DNA from: Balanoglossus misakiensis | Lineage: Eukaryota; Animalia; Hemichordata | Direction of reading: 5' to 3' | NCBI GenBank assembly: GCA_040954595.2 | Contig: CM082586.2 | Span: 7,099,337-7,163,336 of the forward strand | Length of the DNA stretch: 64,000 bases | In this document: piece by piece, positions 58,648 through 64,000 of the stretch | Layout of the letters: each line of letters starts with the position of its first letter | Position numbering within the stretch: position 1 is the stretch's first letter | Notes under the pieces: model-generated | Told to the model about the DNA's origin: nothing | Seen by the model: only the letters and a program-made list of their open reading frames with translations | Database searches by the model: none | Position numbers and translations under genes: made by a program

Positions 58648-61600
58648 GACTACAGGTATATTACGAGAGAATCTGCATTTCAATGATGTGTCATATCAAT
58701 TAGGGGATTCTGCCACGACAAAAGAACTTTACATAAAAATGAGAATTCTGTAGATACCAACAGGAGCAATTGCAAAGATCCAGGAATATATACTACGGTA
58801 TTACTCATTATTTTTCATCAACAACAATGAGTGGATAAAATGAGTTATTGAGCGTTTGGCTGATGACCCCAAAAGCCATTAACTCATTAATAAATAACAG
58901 CATTTCCATAGTAGAAATGAATATTTTCAAATGCAGTAGCACAGTAAAGCATTTTTGCTGACATCATCAAAATTTTCTGTATGATGCCACCAGGGATTCA
59001 CCATCCCACATGACCCCGAAAGAATTCACAGGAATGAGAAAATGAAAGAAACGTTCACATAACTAAAAGAAACACGACTGCTTTTATGAAAATTGTACAT
59101 CCTTGAAACAGGACCTTTTTTTTCAAGCAAAAGGTCAATGCCTTTGTCTAGTTTATTTACAGAAAATTACTCTTTCCGGAAGCAAAATTTCTCACCAATA
59201 TGGCCGCCCATGCAGCACCTGACAGCAGAAAATACCATGGCAACGCCGGTGCAAAGTCACCGAAGCACTTAGCAGGGTGTTCCTTACAGTCAGATGTCAA
59301 GAACATGTTACGACTAACCCAAAGCACTTTACTTCTCAAATTTAATGTACATACTGCCTAGCCATTCATATGGACCTATTTCCTAAACTCATTTAATTAC
59401 CAGTAGATATATTTACTTCATCAGCCTGTACGATGTGTGATCACCAAAGCAACTGACTTGTGTATACGAGGCATGTACAGCCTTTAGGAGACTTCCATGT
59501 TATTTAGAGATCAATTTGACATAATTAAATGCCTGTATTTGTAACAGTTTTAATCTGACGTAAAATGACTCGTTTCAATGGAAACACATGAGGGTAACAC
59601 TCATAGAGTAAATCATTTGGCCTCTGCTTATATAACTGGACCTCTTGGATTAATTAATTGAGACAAAACATTTCATTTGATATTTATTAAGAGGGCAAAA
59701 ATGAATCCAAGACTGAGTAGGCGAACACACCCAGGTAACGAAGCAATGAATCTTAATCTCAAACAGAGGGTTCTCTGCAGGGTGTAGATGAAGAACCACA
59801 ACAGTCAGAACTGGACGTGTCACAAATAATTCCACTATGACTGGCGTGATAAATCAGCATTCGATGTGCATTTTGTATGTTGAATGTTCCATTATTTAAG
59901 CTATATGCAGTTCATCACAAGTATGGTATTATCAGATAATTAGCCTTAGATAGACATGTTTAAATGATTCCAATCTACTGAAAACTGTCTTTTGTGGTTT
60001 TGGTTGGTATTTGAAAAACCAGGTGGAAAAAAAAAAGATTATTTTAAATAAATTTTATTCCAACAGTGAAATAACATAATAAGGGCCTGGTACTGCCATG
60101 GAATGTTGTTACTATACTAGTATACCCATGCGACCTGCTATCAGTTCAAACATCTCTACAGGTACCAAATGAATGAATGGTCCACTATGCTGGACCATAT
60201 CCCCTGGGATGTACCGGTATAATGTATTCAGCTCTATTGAAAGCTAGTTGAGTAAGCATATAACATTTCCAGCAGTCTGCCTAAATATATTGGAAGTTTG
60301 GTGTATGATATTGTACCCCCGGTATACCAGTACATGTATATAAAGGCAGTGGAAAGTTGAAAGTTTCCTCCTTCATTATAACACAAATTTCATTTCATAT
60401 AACAGTACCAGTATGAAAACACTATATCACAGATACTTGACTAATACTTTATGAACCTATTCATGCACATGACTTGTGGCTATATTGACCTGTCAATACA
60501 TGAAATTCAACCAGAAGTTTTTAAAATAGGGTAAAATTGATTTTCTAAAGATTGGTGAAAATTGAATATGTGTCACATTAGACTACTGTGTATGAATTGG
60601 TATCACGACTTTGAGAAAATACAAAATATATAATACAGTTGAGAGTTAATTTAGACTTCAATAATTGAACTTATTGACTTATGGTATACGTACAATACCT
60701 TAAAACATGTTTTGTATGTCTCATTCAAAATCTCACCAGGTAAGAGACTGTACGTGACTTTCATCCTTTCAAGTGTTTGAACCAAGCGATCACACCACAT
60801 ATTGACTTGAATTTTCACACACACACAAGTTATACGTACCCTGTGCATTTTACTTACAATAGACAGTCGTCACATCCACCAGTTCTCAGACAACGACAAT
60901 GCACATGTATGCCCTCCAGGTTTTAGGATACGACGTCCATTCACATAAGCAAGGACTATAAGTTGCATTGAGACCCTCCTTGATGCCAGCAATGGGCAGA
61001 TTTAACCAGCAAACATATGAAACACAGAATTAAGTCACAATCAAATTTCACTAACAAAATAATGAAGTAATTTCATAACGAAAACAGCCGCGCACTGACA
61101 CCAACACCGAATCCCTGTTTCGATCCTCACAGAAATGTATTCCGCTTCTGTTTGTATTACTCAAAAAATCACTACCCTTCCAAACGGTAATTAACATATT
61201 AATGAATTCAGGATGTCACCAACCGTCCACAAGGTAACCTGTGCCAATGACATCACACCTGTTGTTCCTTTCAATTCACTGAAGAACATATTACCTCAGA
61301 CATGATTGCTTTACGAGGGAACGAACAATAAATAATTGACTCCAACCAAGCACTGAGTCCCAACCCTTTTTATGCAGGCCATGCTAAGTAAAAAAAACCC
61401 ACAAAGAACTCAAAAGAAGTGTGTAAAATATAGCACTCGTTAAATCAATAAAAGCCTTGGATGTATTCTGTTTTTAACAATACCAGCTCTCTAAAATCAG
61501 TGAGTGCTATATTGGTCACAAAAACTGCATGGTCTCTAACCACTGCAAATAGGTTTTTTTTCACTTTGTCTTCCAGGCTGTGTTGAATTGTGTGAACGTA

Positions 61601-62413
61601 TGTGGTCTAACATCTTTGCAAATAGTTTTTTTTCTCATATTGTCCAATTATAGTTACTTCATTATGTGTATTTTAAAAACCACGATACAAAACTGACTTT
61701 CTGCAATCTGTAAACTTGACAGTATCTAGTGGAGATTTGACAGAACTGTCTGGCTTGTCTGTTAGTCAGAAAAAGTCATTTCTGGTAAAATAAGCCATCC
61801 ACCCACTCTAAAACAGTATGGACTTAATAATATCATACACAGTGCTGTCAAACATTTTCACATGAAAATCTGGAGTCACATAGAGAAGTGGCTTTTGTTC
61901 TACAGAAGGTCGACACACTGACGAGTGTAAATGCCATTTCTGCGAACACATTTAGTGAATCAATGAAGCGCATGAAAGGCTTATACACAAGGGTTTCAAC
62001 TACTCAGTGTTTTCAAGTAGTCGCATTGGGTATAGCTGCCTGGGTCGACCTTTACCTTGCTATTTCAAGAGCGCTGCACACTAGAGAATGAAATGACACT
62101 TTGAGCTACAGGTACATGTACCAGATGCTGCCTGTTTGAGAAGATACTTTTTTTAAAACTATATACTACAAAATATGTCAATAAAGACAGTGACTCTTTT
62201 CATCACTGCAAATGCTGCAATTTAATTGGCCTATTGCGTGTGTGAGTGTATGGGGGTGGGGTACGTCTAGGATTATTATGAAGTCCCGGACTTAAATGTG
62301 TCAATAATAACAATGTTTGGTAAACATAATCGTGAGTGAATGTGACGACAAGAAGAAAATGGGCGTGTTGGAGTTCTAAAAGGAAGAGAACAAGAAAATG
62401 TAGTTACCGGTAT

Positions 62414-62469
62414 AAACAAAACGAAAATACTGAAAAATAGCCAAAAGTTACAGATAGTACTGGCCCTTT
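62414..62469 (-). mobile_element. Terminal remnant of the same family as 32806
   Basis: Reverse complement reads AAAGGGCCAGTACTATCTGTAACTTTTGGCTATTTTTCAGTATTTTCGTTTTGTTT. Confidence 0.4.
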
Positions 62470-62944
62470 CACCTCCACTGCATTCAATGATGTGGTTGGA
62501 AAACCTGATAAGACAGCACGTCCATTTTCTGGGCTTCCTACAAGTCTCCATGTATATGACAACATGCACTTCTTGACTCTGTGACCCTTGCAGGGAACAG
62601 ATGGCACCAGATGCTTTACACGCCTGAGAAGTACCATTATCCACGATTCAAATTCACTAAATTTTATTTTATGGTTCAACTTTCTTATGAAGGCAATCAA
62701 GTCGTGTTATTTGACACTTCTTCACAGAAACCATGTCAATCATACATGTATGTCATTGCCAAAAGCAACTTGGAAACTAGAACTCACTACACGAAAAGAT
62801 CATCAATTTATCAAATACTTCCTACAAGAAACATTTGAACTGTGGCACGTACTGCTGTATCAGGTAGTGTATTTAAAATGGTCCATTTTGTACAAATTAG
62901 CTTGAGTGACTAAGGTTGTCAAGACAGGTATAGGATGACTTTAA

Positions 62945-63122
62945 AGGTATACGGTCACCTATGGAAAATTAGCTATAAGTTACCATGGCAAATTGAGATC
63001 CAGCCAATCACAGATTTTCAGTGGGTGGCACAAGCGAGCGCCACCATATGTTCTTTAGAACGCTAAAATACGCCATTACAGCCAAATATGGGTGTATGTA
63101 AATTGGAGGTGACTGTATACCT
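62945..63122. mobile_element. Kolobok-like MITE, copy 2 (intact)
   Basis: TTAA-AGGTATACGGTCACC...GGTGACTGTATACCT-TTAA. Confidence 0.88.
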
Positions 63123-64000
63123 TTAAGGTCAAACAAAGAAAGTCAGTTTAAGCAATATATCACACACTATAGAGAGCTTCTGGAAACTTTCACAAATTTG
63201 ACTAAAGAGGTTTTCAAGGGCTTCATCATAATAATGTCGTCCAACGAGCCAAAGAAAACAGTTTCAGCAAAAACAATCATGCTAATATTCACCCCTTGAC
63301 ATTTGTGATCAGCGATCCAGCCATATCAAGCATTCTAAATTGCATGCTATTTCATAATTATGACCCCAAAGAAAAGAATTTGAATGAAAGCGTTCCTGTG
63401 AAAATAATTTCTTGCAAACAGACTTGTGCAGAGCAAGACTATTGGCGCCTAACTTGCCTACAGGTACTTGCTGTAATCATCGCGGTAATTATTGTGGTTT
63501 CCAAGGAATCAGTGGGAATTCACACGAAAATTACAAGTGCCGATAGTACACACACACCAGCCCTGAATCTACAAAGTGGGAATAGGCTATAGCCGAGCTG
63601 TCATACCATATATATTCTTATAATTGTTGAGTGGGTAATTACTTGGGTGGCCTGTATACTTGAAACTTCTCACACGCCTTCAGTTCAATCACACGCCTAC
63701 TGTGTGTTACAAGTTTGTCCATCTCCATCACACTCGATCAAGAACCACTATTTGGGTTTGCTCAAATAGTACATTCAACAAATGCTTGTTTGCCTAAAAA
63801 GTATTGCAGATGCTCTGATTTGACTCTCACTGTTTATTTTCATGATATGGGAAATTTGCACGAAAAATAAAACTATTATAAGACTATATGTATATTGTAT
63901 TGTACTTAATAAGCTTATTGCTTCAGCCAAGCAGTACTCTACCGGTGCGGTATATATTACCAGTGTAACATATTTCAGTCTAAAAAAGGCATACAATCAC

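Noticed and set aside
24130-64000. Remaining 60-160-aa ORFs (e.g. 35883-36371, 39251-39691, 57350-57721, 62276-62644)
   Set aside because: Composition is typical of random AT-rich non-coding DNA, many have non-ATG starts, and no family is recognisable.

Overview
AT-rich, intron-containing animal genomic DNA, probably from a marine invertebrate (inferred from gene and transposon content; the species cannot be identified from the sequence). Two spliced minus-strand genes can be reconstructed. (1) A 3-exon, ~998-aa DED-NACHT-LRR NOD-like receptor (17113->11452); exon 1 of a second paralogue lies at the left edge (484->367). (2) An 82-aa cAMP-dependent protein kinase inhibitor (PKI; coding exons 24120-23982 and 23515-23406), whose non-coding 5' part probably occupies much of 24.1-64 kb. 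The left 23 kb is a rearranging NLR tandem array. A ~6-kb duplication copied almost all the DNA downstream of the PKI stop codon (its inferred 3' UTR) to a position just downstream of the NLR. The ~1.1-kb tandem repeats upstream of each NLR exon 1 are serial copies of the NLR promoter plus a decayed exon 1, with signs of gene conversion. Also present: a decayed Penelope-like retroelement split by a TSD-less hairpin element, many MITEs, a tRNA-derived SINE, and candidate recursive-splice and micro-exon sites in the long intron. No prokaryote-type system (CRISPR etc.) is supported. All alignments and identity statements were made by eye.
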